From assembly GCA_044222475.1 (NCBI GenBank), contig JBGANF010000075.1, positions 1 through 38,868 on the forward strand: a stretch of DNA of 38,868 bases. Direction: 5' to 3'. Shown here piece by piece: positions 1 through 9,816 of this stretch. Source of the DNA: Polyangiaceae bacterium. GTDB lineage: Bacteria; Myxococcota_A; Polyangia; Polyangiales; Polyangiaceae. The first letter of the stretch is position 1. Every line of letters starts with the position of its first letter. Position numbers and translations under genes: made by a program. A model generated the notes under the pieces. The model saw only the letters and a list, made by a program, of their open reading frames with translations, was not told where the DNA came from and searched no databases.

Positions 1-906
1 GAGGCGCGCCTGGCGCTCTGGGACGATCTCTGCGCCGGCTTGCCACAACGTGCGACCGGTCTCGTCCGTCGCGCGCACGATCGCACCAGCGCCGCACGTC
101 TCCAGCGCGACGAACCCATGGCACTGGGTGTTCGCGTCGACATCGAACTCCAGCTCGATCCACGCGCTGCGATCGCCGTTCTGCGAGAGCCACGTGCGCT
201 CGAGATCGCCGCCCTTGGGGAACACGTTCGGGCGTCCGACCGCGTCCGCGGCGCGGTAGCTCGACGAGTACTCCGACGATGCGACGGCGCGCTTCGCCCA
301 ATGAAGTCGTCGATCGCGTCGCAGATCGTGCACCGCGAGCTCACTCGGTGCGTAGCGGCGATGTCGGGTCGGACCGTGATCCGGCGGATTCGCGATCAGC
401 GCGTCGATCGAAGCTGCGGTGAGCCCGACGCTGTCGATCTCGTGGTAGTCGGCGTCGGTTGGAGCGACCTCGAGGCGCACACGACGCGGCGCGGGAGCCC
501 CTGCTTCGAGCGGAATCACGAGCAATCGGGCACCCTTCGAGCGCGCGACGCGGACGTTCTGCCGATGGAGCACGACGCCGCGGTCCACGTCGGTGACGGT
601 GTGCACGGCGCCGGCGCCGCACGTCTCGCACACGATCAGCGAGTGTGCCTGCGGAAGGTCGGGGAGCTCGACTTCGAGCCACGGCGAGCGATCGTCCGAG
701 CTCGCGAGCCACGTACCTTTGCGGTCACCCGACTCAGGGAACACGGCTGGCGGACCGCACGCCGACGATGCTGCATAGTCGCTGCTGTACTCGGACGACG
801 CCCGCGCTGCGGATGCCCACGTCAGGCGAGGATCGGCGAGCGTGAAGTCCACCCCTCCCATCTCGCTCGGAGCAAACCGCCGCCCTTGATCGGATGCTCC
901 CGCCAT
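1..906 (-). CDS. Protein with tandem ~174-aa repeated domain (discoidin/galactose-binding-like jelly roll suspected); runs off the window start
   Basis: Not in the ORF track. Manual translation from ATG at 906 is open to position 1 (MAGASDQGRRFAPSE...TLWQAGAEIVPERQARL). It holds two copies of WA..A.ASSEYSS.Y.A..A.G.P.VFP..GD...TWL....DRS.W.E.E...ETCGAGA. GGTGGA lies upstream. Confidence 0.8.
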   Translation of the reverse strand, partial: MAGASDQGRRFAPSEMGGVDFTLADPRLTWASAARASSEYSSDYAASSACGPPAVFPESGDRKGTWLASSDDRSPWLEVELPDLPQAHSLIVCETCGAGAVHTVTDVDRGVVLHRQNVRVARSKGARLLVIPLEAGAPAPRRVRLEVAPTDADYHEIDSVGLTAASIDALIANPPDHGPTRHRRYAPSELAVHDLRRDRRLHWAKRAVASSEYSSSYRAADAVGRPNVFPKGGDLERTWLSQNGDRSAWIELEFDVDANTQCHGFVALETCGAGAIVRATDETGRTLWQAGAEIVPERQARL

Positions 907-999
907 GCTTCCACCGTGCCAGCGTTCCGAGCCGAGGTGAAGCGTCGAGCGCACGTTCGCCGCCTTGACGGGGCCGGCACGGGTCGGCACTCTACTCCC

Positions 1000-2430
1000 A
1001 TGCGGGTCGTGCGCCTTCTTGCATCGAGTGCCGCGACCATCGTCATCGGCTGCAGCCTGGTGACGCCGCTCGACGATCTCCGCCGCGGCAGCAACGATGC
1101 CGGCGACCCCGGCGACGTCAGCCTGGACACCGGCCCGGCGCCGACGAACTGCGACGCGAGCGAGACGAGCGCAGCATCGGGGATCTTCGTCAGCGCCGAC
1201 GGGAGCGACACGACGGGAAGTGGGCTCGCGAGCGCGCCGTTCGCGACGATCACCAAGGGGGTTGCCTCGGCGCTCCAGAGCGCATCCAAAGACGTGTACG
1301 TGGCCGAAGGTGACTACGTCGAGTCGACTGGCCTCCTCCTCACGGAGACCGCCGCCGGTCTCCGCATTCACGGGGGTTGGAAGAAGACGGCCACCGCTTG
1401 GTCGAAGGACTGCACGACCGGATTCGTCGACCGCACGGTGTTGACGTCGGCGACCAACGTCGGCGTTCGGGTCCAGTTCGCCGTGACTTCGCCCGCAGCG
1501 GAGATCGACGGGTTGACGATCCGCACGAAGGCGCAAGGTGCCAGTCCGCCTGACTCCGGCGGGGAGAGCACCTACGGAGTGTTCGTGGACGCGAACGGGG
1601 CATTGAAGATGACGAACGCGCAGATCGTCGCGGGCAAGGGCGGCGACGGCGGAGCCGCTTCACCGCAGCCAGCTGCGACGACGACGGTGGCGTGCGACGG
1701 GATCAACGGCTGCGGTACCGGCGCGGCGGTCGGAGACGGCACGGTCGGGACCCCCGGCTCCACCGCGACGTATGCGAAGGACGGCGTTCACCCGTCCGAC
1801 GGCGGCCAAGGCGGGACCGCGCCGAACGGGGACAACGGCGCAATCGGGGGAGGCGGTACGACCAGCTCGTGCGTCACCGCGTGCGTCGGCCAGTGCCAGT
1901 CGTCGGACAGCTGCCTCAACGGCTCCTCGGCTCAGGTGACGTCCTCGAAAGGAAAGTGCGGCTGCGGCGGGGTCGGTGGCACCGGCGGAAAGCCCGGCCA
2001 TGGGGGCGGAGCGGCCATCGGAGCGTGGGTGGGCCCGAACGCTCAATTGTTCATCGACTACACCCGCGTCGTCGCCACCGGTGGCGGCGCGGGCTCGATC
2101 GGTGGGAGTGGCGGCGCGGGCGCTCTCGGCGGAGCGGGCGCCCCTGGCGTCGGCGTCACCTGCAACAAGCAGTGCGGGCGCAACGGTCCGGTTGGTGGCG
2201 CGTGCGCGTGCGTGTTCACCCAGACCATGTCGCTCCCTGGCGGCAACGCCGGAGGCGCTGGCTCCAAAGGTGGAACCGGAGGCGCTGGCGGATCCGGCGC
2301 AGGAGGCGACGCGTTCGGTGCCGTCCTCTTCGGTGGTGGCACGTTGGTGATTCCGGATGCTCAGCGGGTGGTGTTCGCGGTGGGCGCGGCGGGGAGCGGC
2401 GGGAGCCGCGGGACTCAGATCACGAAGTGA
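1000..2430 (+). CDS. Secreted lipoprotein with DUF1565-like/beta-helix start and Gly/Cys-rich PGRS-like C-terminal region
   Basis: Start re-assigned to ATG 1000 (MRVVRLLASSAATIVIGC, signal plus lipobox Cys). IFVSADGSD..G....PFATI motif, followed by GGxGG repeats. Confidence 0.8.
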   Translation: MRVVRLLASSAATIVIGCSLVTPLDDLRRGSNDAGDPGDVSLDTGPAPTNCDASETSAASGIFVSADGSDTTGSGLASAPFATITKGVASALQSASKDVYVAEGDYVESTGLLLTETAAGLRIHGGWKKTATAWSKDCTTGFVDRTVLTSATNVGVRVQFAVTSPAAEIDGLTIRTKAQGASPPDSGGESTYGVFVDANGALKMTNAQIVAGKGGDGGAASPQPAATTTVACDGINGCGTGAAVGDGTVGTPGSTATYAKDGVHPSDGGQGGTAPNGDNGAIGGGGTTSSCVTACVGQCQSSDSCLNGSSAQVTSSKGKCGCGGVGGTGGKPGHGGGAAIGAWVGPNAQLFIDYTRVVATGGGAGSIGGSGGAGALGGAGAPGVGVTCNKQCGRNGPVGGACACVFTQTMSLPGGNAGGAGSKGGTGGAGGSGAGGDAFGAVLFGGGTLVIPDAQRVVFAVGAAGSGGSRGTQITK

Positions 2431-2537
2431 GGGTCCGCGCCGGCGCTTCGCGTCCGGTTGGCGTTTACGGCGTACGTTGCTAGTCTTACCGGCATGGGGG
2501 AGAGCTCGAGATCCTCGAAGACACTCCGGGCTGGCGC

Positions 2538-2786
2538 GTGGGTCTCTATCGAAACGTGCTGCTGATGCATTGGCGCGAGAACATCTCGGTCGAAGCGCTC
2601 GCCGCGTGCGATCGCGCGGGAAGAAGCTCTCGCTATCGCCTACACCCAGGAGCGGAAGGCGTTCGGCAAGCCGATCAGCAAGAGTACCCGATCACGCGGG
2701 CGTACATGGACGCGCGCGTCGCCAAGATCTTCGCGGGCACGAACGAGATCATGAAGATCATCATCGCGAAGCAGATGAGGCTGTGA
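2538..2786 (+). pseudogene. Chimeric remnant: unrelated N-terminal piece fused to the last ~35 aa of an acyl-CoA dehydrogenase
   Basis: EYPITRAYMDARVAKIFAGTNEIMKIIIAKQMRL (from 2682) is a typical ACAD C-terminus. The remaining ~340 aa are absent. Confidence 0.7.
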
Positions 2787-2816
2787 CGGGAGCGGGCGCT
2801 CGCCCGAAGATCCCGC

Positions 2817-3251
2817 TCAGTTGCCGCCGCACGTCGACTCGTCCGGAGTCGTCGTGACGCACTGCTTGCCGCGGCACGTAGAAACCGGGCACGGGCAGCG
2901 GATGCACATGATCTGCGGGCAGTCGAGGTCGGTGTTGCAGGCCGGCACGGCCTTGACGGGGACGCAGTGGCCGCAGCAGTCGCCGTTGCTCGTCGCGAGC
3001 GCCTGTCCCTCGGGGCACGCCACCATCTTGCACATGATGCCGGCGCAGCGGCTCGTCGGCCCGGCGCACGTCGGACAGCAGCTGCCCTGATAGGCGAGGT
3101 GCTGACCCTGCGCGCACAGCGGCATGGCGCACTTGACCGCATCGCACGCCGGAGACAGCGCCTCGGTGGAGCTCTCCGAGCCCTCATCCGGGGTTGCCGA
3201 ACAAGCCACGACCAGAACCCCGAGCAATGACACGACGACGATCGAACGCAT
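2817..3251 (-). CDS. Small cysteine-rich lipoprotein with repeated C..C...C......CC..C modules
   Basis: MRSIVVVSLLGVLVVAC lipobox, GGAGG SD upstream, three Cys-rich modules. Confidence 0.8.
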   Translation of the reverse strand: MRSIVVVSLLGVLVVACSATPDEGSESSTEALSPACDAVKCAMPLCAQGQHLAYQGSCCPTCAGPTSRCAGIMCKMVACPEGQALATSNGDCCGHCVPVKAVPACNTDLDCPQIMCIRCPCPVSTCRGKQCVTTTPDESTCGGN

Positions 3252-3400
3252 GACCCCCTCCATCGAACTGAATTGAGTCGCGCCCCTTACCGCGGCCGAG
3301 GCGCGCGTGTCAACGGAGGAACCGGGCGCTCCGCGCCGGGTGCCTTTTGCGTTCCTGGGAATAGTCGGTAACGTCGCTCGCCGTGAAATCCAAATTTCCG

Positions 3401-4233
3401 ATGGGGACGGGAACGACGGAACGTGCCGCGATCGCGGCCGCAGTGCTTCTGGTGGGGGTCGCCACGCTGGCCTGCAAAGACAAGTCGGGCGCGGGCGACG
3501 GCGGAGCACCCGCGTCGAGCGCGAGCGCCGCGGTGTCGGCGGCCACGCCGACCGCCGTGGGGGTGGAGGCGATACGTGCGACGTCGGCGACAACGGCTTG
3601 TGCTTCGAGTTCGACACCAAGGGCGGGACGAACGAGAAGTTCTGCAAGGACGAGCTCTCTGGCACGCTCAACAAGGTCCCAGCGTGCCCCAAGGAGCTGC
3701 GCTTCGCGACGTGCCGCGTCGCCACGCCGGCGATGTCGATCTACAACCTCGCCGAGGACGGCCAGGGCGGTTGGGAGAGCGCCAAGCACGAGTGTGACAA
3801 GCACAAGGGCGTGCTCTCCCCGACGCCGCTGAAAGAGATCTTGGCGACGTGGACCAAGCAGGACATCAGCAAGGGTCCGTTGACCGGCTACACGATGCTG
3901 GCGCCGCCCCACACCAAGTTCGAGGACTCCGGTGGCGTACAAGGCGCAAATCAATACGCGGGCTACTTCATGATGACCATTTGGAAGGAGAAGTTCGACG
4001 TCGCCGCCGCGCGGAAAGACGCCCAAGGCGACAAGGACTTCCTCGCGTGGATCGTCAACACGGACACCAAGCTCGTCTGGAAGATCAAGGACGGCAAGGA
4101 GACCTCGTACAAGTTCGCGGCCGGCGTGAACGTCGGGGGCACGGACTTCCGGTGCGAGCAGGAGATGACGTTCGAGACCGAAGAGCTGGCGAACGCCAAC
4201 GTCGAGGCGTGCCTGTCGCTGGCGAAGAAGTGA
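3401..4233 (+). pseudogene. Lipoprotein gene split by a frameshift near 3555-3575 (pseudogene or sequencing error)
   Basis: The signal/lipobox (AIAAAVLLVGVATLAC) and Ala/Ser linker are in one frame. The globular domain (TCDVGDNGLCFEFD...EACLSLAKK) is in the -1 frame. Confidence 0.7.
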
Positions 4234-4304
4234 CCTGACTACGGTTCCACCGCGCCGGCGCCGCTCGACCACCAACCCGGGCGTGTCCTGGCGCGCCGTG
4301 ATAC

Positions 4305-4339
4305 TTGACGCACCGGTTAATTAACGTCATGGTTAATTA
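4305..4339 (+). promoter_or_regulatory. Putative promoter (-35 TTGACG) overlapped by palindromic operator TAATTAAC-N6-GTTAATTA
   Basis: Perfect 8-bp inverted repeat at 4318-4325/4332-4339, AT-rich within GC-rich DNA, directly upstream of the ArsR gene. Confidence 0.8.
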
Positions 4340-4355
4340 GTCCCCGGGAGAGCGC

Positions 4356-4721
4356 ATGTCCGCAGCCAACCTCGACTCGATCTTCGGCGCCCTCGCCGAC
4401 CCCACGCGGCGGGCCATCGTCGCCCGCCTTGCCACCGGCGAGGCGACGGTGCTCGAGCTCGCCGCCCCGTTCGAGATCAGCCTCCCCGCCATCTCGCGGC
4501 ATCTGAAGGTGCTCGAGCGCGCGGGGCTCATCTCGCGCGGTCGCGATGCGCAGCGCCGGCCGTGTCGGCTGCGAGCGGCCGCGCTCGACGAGGTCACGCG
4601 ATGGACGCAGCACACGCGCGAAGCATGGAGCGAGCGCTTCGAGCAGCTCGACGACTACCTGAAGAAGTTGCAGGCGAAACCCCCCAAGGAGACGAGGAGC
4701 CATGGTCGCAAGAAGTCGTGA
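4356..4721 (+). CDS. ArsR/SmtB family transcriptional regulator
   Basis: FGALADPTRRAIV...ISLPAISRHLKVLERAGLI winged-HTH signature. Confidence 0.95.
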   Translation: MSAANLDSIFGALADPTRRAIVARLATGEATVLELAAPFEISLPAISRHLKVLERAGLISRGRDAQRRPCRLRAAALDEVTRWTQHTREAWSERFEQLDDYLKKLQAKPPKETRSHGRKKS

Positions 4722-5184
4722 GGTCCCCTGGTCGCTCGATCGCGAGATCGTGCTGTCGCGCGTGTTCGACGCGCCGCGTGAGCTCGTCTTCGCAGCGTGG
4801 ACGAAGGAGGAGCACCTCACGAAGTGGTTCGGGCCGAAGGGCTTCACGACGAAGACGCACGAGTGCGATCCGCGAGTCGGCGGGCGCTGGCGCTTCGACA
4901 TGACGGGGCCGGACGGAAAGGTCTGGGACAACCGAGTCGTGTTCCTGGAGATCAAAGCGCCGGAGCTTCTCGTCTTCGACCATGGCTCCGACAAAGACGA
5001 CGACGAGCATCGCTTTCGCGTGACCATCACGTTCGACGAGCAGAGCGACAAGAAGACGGTCGTGACGATGAGGCAGCTCCACCCGACGAAGCAGCAGCGC
5101 GACGCGGGGATCGGCTTCGGCGCCGTCGAGATCGGCTACACCACGCTGGACAAGCTCGCGGAGCATCTCCGGCGCATGCGGTAG
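4702..5184 (+). CDS. SRPBCC/AHSA1-like domain protein
   Basis: REIVLSRVFDAPRELVFAAWT...WFGP...VGGRWR. Overlaps the ArsR gene, a classic pairing. Confidence 0.93.
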   Translation: MVARSREVPWSLDREIVLSRVFDAPRELVFAAWTKEEHLTKWFGPKGFTTKTHECDPRVGGRWRFDMTGPDGKVWDNRVVFLEIKAPELLVFDHGSDKDDDEHRFRVTITFDEQSDKKTVVTMRQLHPTKQQRDAGIGFGAVEIGYTTLDKLAEHLRRMR

Positions 5185-5204
5185 CGAAACGCGGGACCGG
5201 CGAG

Positions 5205-6650
5205 CTACCTCGCGTTGCCGCGCCAGCCTCCGCCGAGCGCCTGGTACAGGTTCACCATCGCGCGGAACTGAAGGAGCTTCGTCTCCACCAGCTCCATCTG
5301 CGCGTCGAGCGAGTCGCGCCGGGTGAGCAGCACCTCCATGTAGTCGGCGTCGGCGGACTGAAAGAGCAACGTGGACACGTCGACCGCCTGGGCCAGGGTG
5401 TCGACCTGCTGCTGCTGCAGGTCGAAGGCCTTCTTCAGGTTGTCCATCATCGCGATCTGGTTCACGACGTCGGTGAACGCTTGCAGGATCGTCTGCTCGT
5501 ACGCGATCACCGCCTGGATTTGCCGCGCGTTCGCCGTGCGATATTGCGCCGTGATCGCCGCGCGGTTGAGCAGCGGCGCGGTGATGCCCGCCGCAATGCC
5601 GAACACCAGCGACTCCGGCGTCGCGATCAAGTGGGTCACGTCGAACGATCGGTATCCGAGCTGAGCGTCGATGTTCAACGACGGGAAGAAGGCCTTCTTC
5701 GCCGCCGACACGTCGAGCTTGGACGCATCGAGCTCGAGCGCCGCTTGCCGAACGTCGGGGCGGTTCTCGAGGAGCTGGGCCGGCATGCCCGCGGGGAGCG
5801 TCGATGGCACGGGCGCCTTGAACTCGTCGGGGTTCCTCGCGACGGGTTGCGGGTAGCGCCCCACCAGGAAGTTGATGCGGTTCTCGACCTGGATGCGCCG
5901 CTGTTCGAGATCGAAGAGGCGGCTTTGGTTCTTGAGCACCTCGGCTTCGAACCGCTGCACGGCGAGCTCGGTCACCCGCGCAGCCTGCTTCTCGAGCTTC
6001 ACGACCTCCAAGGCGTCCTTCTGGACCACGATGTTGCGCTGGAGGATCTCCACTTGGACGTCGAGCGCGACGAGCTCGTAGTACGAGCGCGCGATCTCGG
6101 CGATGAGCTCGGTCGTCATGAAGCGCGTCGCTTCGATCGACGCGAGGTAGCGGAGGTCGGCCGCCTTCGCGGAGCTCCGCAGCTTCCCCCAGACGTCGAC
6201 CTCCCATGAACCGGTCAAGCCGAACGCGAAGTTGCCGAGGTTCTCGGGGACGCCGTGCGCGTCGTCGCTCACGCCCTGGCTGGTGTACGCGCCCGCCCTC
6301 TCGACGCCGGCGCCGACGCCGACGCCGAGCTTCGGCAGGTACTCGCCTTGGCGTGCGGTCACCTCGCTCCGGGCGATGATGATCTCCTGGAGCTGGATGT
6401 CGAGCGCTTGGTTGTTGGCCAGCGCGGCCTCGATGAGCAGTCGAAGGTCGGGGCTGGTGAAGAGCTCGGCCCACTTCTGCTGCGCCACGTTGGTGCTCGC
6501 AGCGCCAGCAGTCGGGCCGTAGCTCCCTGGAAGAGCGACCTTCGGCTCGCGCGCCTCGTTCCCGTTGAGCGACGGCAGGCAACCGGCCGTCGCGCACGCG
6601 ACGGCGAGCGCCACGACGCCGCGGAACCTCGTCGACGTCGACTTACGCAT
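5205..6650 (-). CDS. RND efflux outer membrane factor (TolC/NodT family lipoprotein)
   Basis: Lipobox TAGC, WEVDVWGKLR, LLENRPDVRQA, C-terminal LYQALGGGW. Confidence 0.95.
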   Translation of the reverse strand: MRKSTSTRFRGVVALAVACATAGCLPSLNGNEAREPKVALPGSYGPTAGAASTNVAQQKWAELFTSPDLRLLIEAALANNQALDIQLQEIIIARSEVTARQGEYLPKLGVGVGAGVERAGAYTSQGVSDDAHGVPENLGNFAFGLTGSWEVDVWGKLRSSAKAADLRYLASIEATRFMTTELIAEIARSYYELVALDVQVEILQRNIVVQKDALEVVKLEKQAARVTELAVQRFEAEVLKNQSRLFDLEQRRIQVENRINFLVGRYPQPVARNPDEFKAPVPSTLPAGMPAQLLENRPDVRQAALELDASKLDVSAAKKAFFPSLNIDAQLGYRSFDVTHLIATPESLVFGIAAGITAPLLNRAAITAQYRTANARQIQAVIAYEQTILQAFTDVVNQIAMMDNLKKAFDLQQQQVDTLAQAVDVSTLLFQSADADYMEVLLTRRDSLDAQMELVETKLLQFRAMVNLYQALGGGWRGNAR

Positions 6651-9600
6651 GGTGGGCGAGATCCTCGGTGAGCGGCTCTTCGTCCTCGTCGCGGATGAGG
6701 GCCTTTCCTTCCGAGAGGCTTCCGAAGACGAAGTAGAGCCCTGGTACGATGATGACGCCGAAGACGGTCCCGAAGAGCATCCCGCCCAGGGCCGACGCGC
6801 CGATGGTCCGATTTCCGACCGCGCCGGGCCCGCTCGCGATGACGAGCGGTATCAGCCCAGCGATGAACGCGAACGACGTCATCAGGATCGGGCGGAAGCG
6901 CTCCTTCGCGCCGCTGATGGCGGCCTCGAGCACGGTGGAGCCCGCCTTGTGCTTCTGCACCGCGAACTCGACGATGAGGACCGCGTTCTTGCCGAGCAGA
7001 CCCACGAGCATCACGAGTCCGACCTGGGCGTAGATGTCGTTCGCCACGTGAAGCGCCTTCAGCATCACGAACGAGCCGAACACGCCTGCGGGCAACGAAA
7101 GAATCACGGCCAGCGGGAGGAGGAAGCTCTCGTACTGCGCCGCGAGCACCATGTAGACGAACACGAGGACGATCATGAAGATCCACAGTGCCTCGTTCCC
7201 GCGCTTCGCCTCGTCGTAGGAGAGACCCTCCCAGGCGATGTCGTAGCCACGCGGGAGCGTTTGCGCGGCGACCTCGCGCACGGCCTTGATGGCGTCGCCG
7301 CTGGTGTAGCCCGGCGCCGGACCTCCGCGAATCGCAGCGGAGTTGTACATGTTGAAGCGCGTGATCTCGTTCGGCCCCTGCGTCTTCTTCATGGTCATGA
7401 ACGCGGAGTAGGGGACCATCTCGCCCTTCTCGTTCTTCACGTAGAGCTTCAGGACGTCGTCGGGAAAACGCCGGTACTGCGGAGCCGCCTGCGTGTAGAC
7501 CTTGAAAAAGTTGCTGAAGCGGATGAAGCCCTGCTCGTACGTACTGCCGATCAGGATGTTGAGGTTGTCCATCGCCGTCTTGATCGACACGCCCTTCTGC
7601 ATGGCGAGCTCGTTGTCGATCTGGAGCTCGTACTGCGGGTAGTCGGCGGCGAAGAACGTGAAGAGGCCGGTGAGCTCCTTTCGCTTGCGGAGGCCCTCCA
7701 TGAAGTCTTTGTTGATCTTGTCGAAGTCCTGGTAGTTGGTCTCGTTGTTCTTATCGAGCAGGCGCAGTGCGAAGCCGCTCGCGGCGCCGTAGCCGGGCAC
7801 GGCGGGTGGCTCGAAGAACTCGACGATCGCGCCGATGTCCTTCGCCTTCTCCTCGAGCTCGGCGATGATCTCGTGAACCGACCGCGTTCGACGGGACCAG
7901 TCCTTCAGGTTGATGAGGCACGTGCCCGCGTTCGAGCCGCGTCCCTCGGTGAGGATCTCGTAGCCGGCGAGCGACGACACGGACTCGACTCCATCGACGC
8001 CCTTCGCGATCGTCTGGAGCTCGCGCGCGACGTCGTTCGTTCGCTCCAGGGTGGAGCCCGGTGGCGTCTGGATGATGGCGTAGATCTGACCCTGGTCCTC
8101 GTTGGGGACGAACCCCGACGGCACGATCCGGTTCATGCCCACGATGCCGACGCCGAAGCCGACGAGCATCGCGAACGTGACGAGCCGGCGGTTGACGATG
8201 CGCCGGAGCAGACCCGTGTAGAGGCCCGTCCCGCGCTCGAAGGCGCGATTGAACGCGTCGAGCGCGCGGCCGATCGGCGAGCGCCGCTTCTTTCCGGACT
8301 CGTTCTTCAGGATCATGGCGCACAAGACCGGAGTGAGCGTCAACGCGACCACGCCGGAGAGGACGATCGACGCCGCCATCGTGATCGCGAACTGCCGGTA
8401 GAAGATGCCGACCGGGCCGCTCATGAAGGCGACCGGGACGAACACGGCCGTCATCATCAGCGTGATGGCGATGACGGCCCCGCTGATCTCGCCGATCACC
8501 GCCTGGGTGGCGGCGTAGGGGTTCATGCCCTCGTGCATCTTCACGTGCACCGCCTCGACGACGACGATGGCGTTGTCGACGACGATGCCGATCGAGAGGA
8601 CGAGCGCGAAGAGCGTGATGAGGTTGATCGTGATCCCGAATATCTGCATGAACAGAAATGTCCCAATGAGGGACACCGGGACGGCAAGGATCGGGATGAG
8701 GGTGGACCGCCAGTCGCCGAGGAACAGGAACACGACGAGCGCGACGAGGACGAACGCTTCTCCCAGCGTGTGGAGCACCTTCTCGATCGATGCGTCGAGG
8801 AAGCTCGAGACGTCGTAGTTGACCTCGTAGTCCATGCCAGCGGGGAAGGTGCTCGCCTTCTGCTCGGCGAGCTTCGCCTTCACGTCGGCGATGACCTCGC
8901 TCGCGTTGCTGCCGTACGTCTGCTTGAGGACGATCGCGGCCGACGGGTGGCCATCGAGGTTGGAGTAGATGTCGAAGAACTCGCTCCCGAGCTCCACCTC
9001 CGCGATGTCCTTCAGGTGGAGCATCTCGCCGTCCTCGTTGGCGCGGATGACGATGTTCTCGTACTGCTCGGGCTTGTTGAACCGGCCCTTGTAGGTGAGG
9101 ACGTACTCGAGGGACTGAGCTTGCTTCCCCGTCGCCTGTCCGAGCCGACCGGGGCTGCCGATGACGCTCTGATCGGAGATGGCCTTCATGACCTCCTCCG
9201 TCGACACGTCGTACGCGCGCATCTTGTCGGGGTTCAACCAAACGCGCATCGCGTACTGGCGGGACCCGAGGATGCGCGCCTGGGCGATGCCGTCCACGCG
9301 GCTCAGCTCGGGCAGCAGGTTCGCGTTGGCGAAGTTGTAGAGAAACTTCTGATCGGCGCTCGGGTCCGAGCTGTAGAGGTTGACGTACATCAGCATGCTG
9401 GGCTGCACGCGATTGACGACGACGCCCTCGAGCTGCACGAGCGCTGGTAGCCGGTTGATCACCTGGTCGATGCGGTTCTTGACGTTGACGACGGCCTGGT
9501 TCGGGTCCGCGTCGAGCGCGAAGACGACTTGGATGGTGGCTTCGCCGGCGCTCGTCGCGTCGGAGATCATGTAGGTCATGCCGGGGACGCCGTTGATCGA

Positions 9601-9804
9601 TCGCTCGAGCGTGATGAGCGAGGATTGGACGAGGACGTCGGCGCTTGCGCCCGGGAAGGTGAGGGAGACCATGACGCGCGGCGGAGAGATCTCGGGGAAC
9701 TGCGACACGGGTCGCGACCGGATCGACAGGGCCCCCAAGAACACGAGCATGAGCGAGAGGATGATCGCCATCACCGGGCGATGCATGAAGCGGCTGAACG
9801 GCAT
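6643..9804 (-). CDS. RND efflux permease (HAE1/AcrB family)
   Basis: 1053 aa; PVSQFPEISPP, IGIVVDNAIVVVE, GKNAVLIVEFA, RFRPILMTS. Confidence 0.97.
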   Translation of the reverse strand: MPFSRFMHRPVMAIILSLMLVFLGALSIRSRPVSQFPEISPPRVMVSLTFPGASADVLVQSSLITLERSINGVPGMTYMISDATSAGEATIQVVFALDADPNQAVVNVKNRIDQVINRLPALVQLEGVVVNRVQPSMLMYVNLYSSDPSADQKFLYNFANANLLPELSRVDGIAQARILGSRQYAMRVWLNPDKMRAYDVSTEEVMKAISDQSVIGSPGRLGQATGKQAQSLEYVLTYKGRFNKPEQYENIVIRANEDGEMLHLKDIAEVELGSEFFDIYSNLDGHPSAAIVLKQTYGSNASEVIADVKAKLAEQKASTFPAGMDYEVNYDVSSFLDASIEKVLHTLGEAFVLVALVVFLFLGDWRSTLIPILAVPVSLIGTFLFMQIFGITINLITLFALVLSIGIVVDNAIVVVEAVHVKMHEGMNPYAATQAVIGEISGAVIAITLMMTAVFVPVAFMSGPVGIFYRQFAITMAASIVLSGVVALTLTPVLCAMILKNESGKKRRSPIGRALDAFNRAFERGTGLYTGLLRRIVNRRLVTFAMLVGFGVGIVGMNRIVPSGFVPNEDQGQIYAIIQTPPGSTLERTNDVARELQTIAKGVDGVESVSSLAGYEILTEGRGSNAGTCLINLKDWSRRTRSVHEIIAELEEKAKDIGAIVEFFEPPAVPGYGAASGFALRLLDKNNETNYQDFDKINKDFMEGLRKRKELTGLFTFFAADYPQYELQIDNELAMQKGVSIKTAMDNLNILIGSTYEQGFIRFSNFFKVYTQAAPQYRRFPDDVLKLYVKNEKGEMVPYSAFMTMKKTQGPNEITRFNMYNSAAIRGGPAPGYTSGDAIKAVREVAAQTLPRGYDIAWEGLSYDEAKRGNEALWIFMIVLVFVYMVLAAQYESFLLPLAVILSLPAGVFGSFVMLKALHVANDIYAQVGLVMLVGLLGKNAVLIVEFAVQKHKAGSTVLEAAISGAKERFRPILMTSFAFIAGLIPLVIASGPGAVGNRTIGASALGGMLFGTVFGVIIVPGLYFVFGSLSEGKALIRDEDEEPLTEDLAHHA

Positions 9805-9816
9805 GGGTCGCTCCGC

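Noticed and set aside
40..999. N-terminal 320 aa of ORF 40..2430
   Set aside because: Antisense shadow of the real minus-strand gene at 1-906. The signal peptide begins at ATG 1000.
6565..9450. 961-aa plus-strand ORF
   Set aside because: Antisense shadow of the RND permease, a typical artefact of high GC3.
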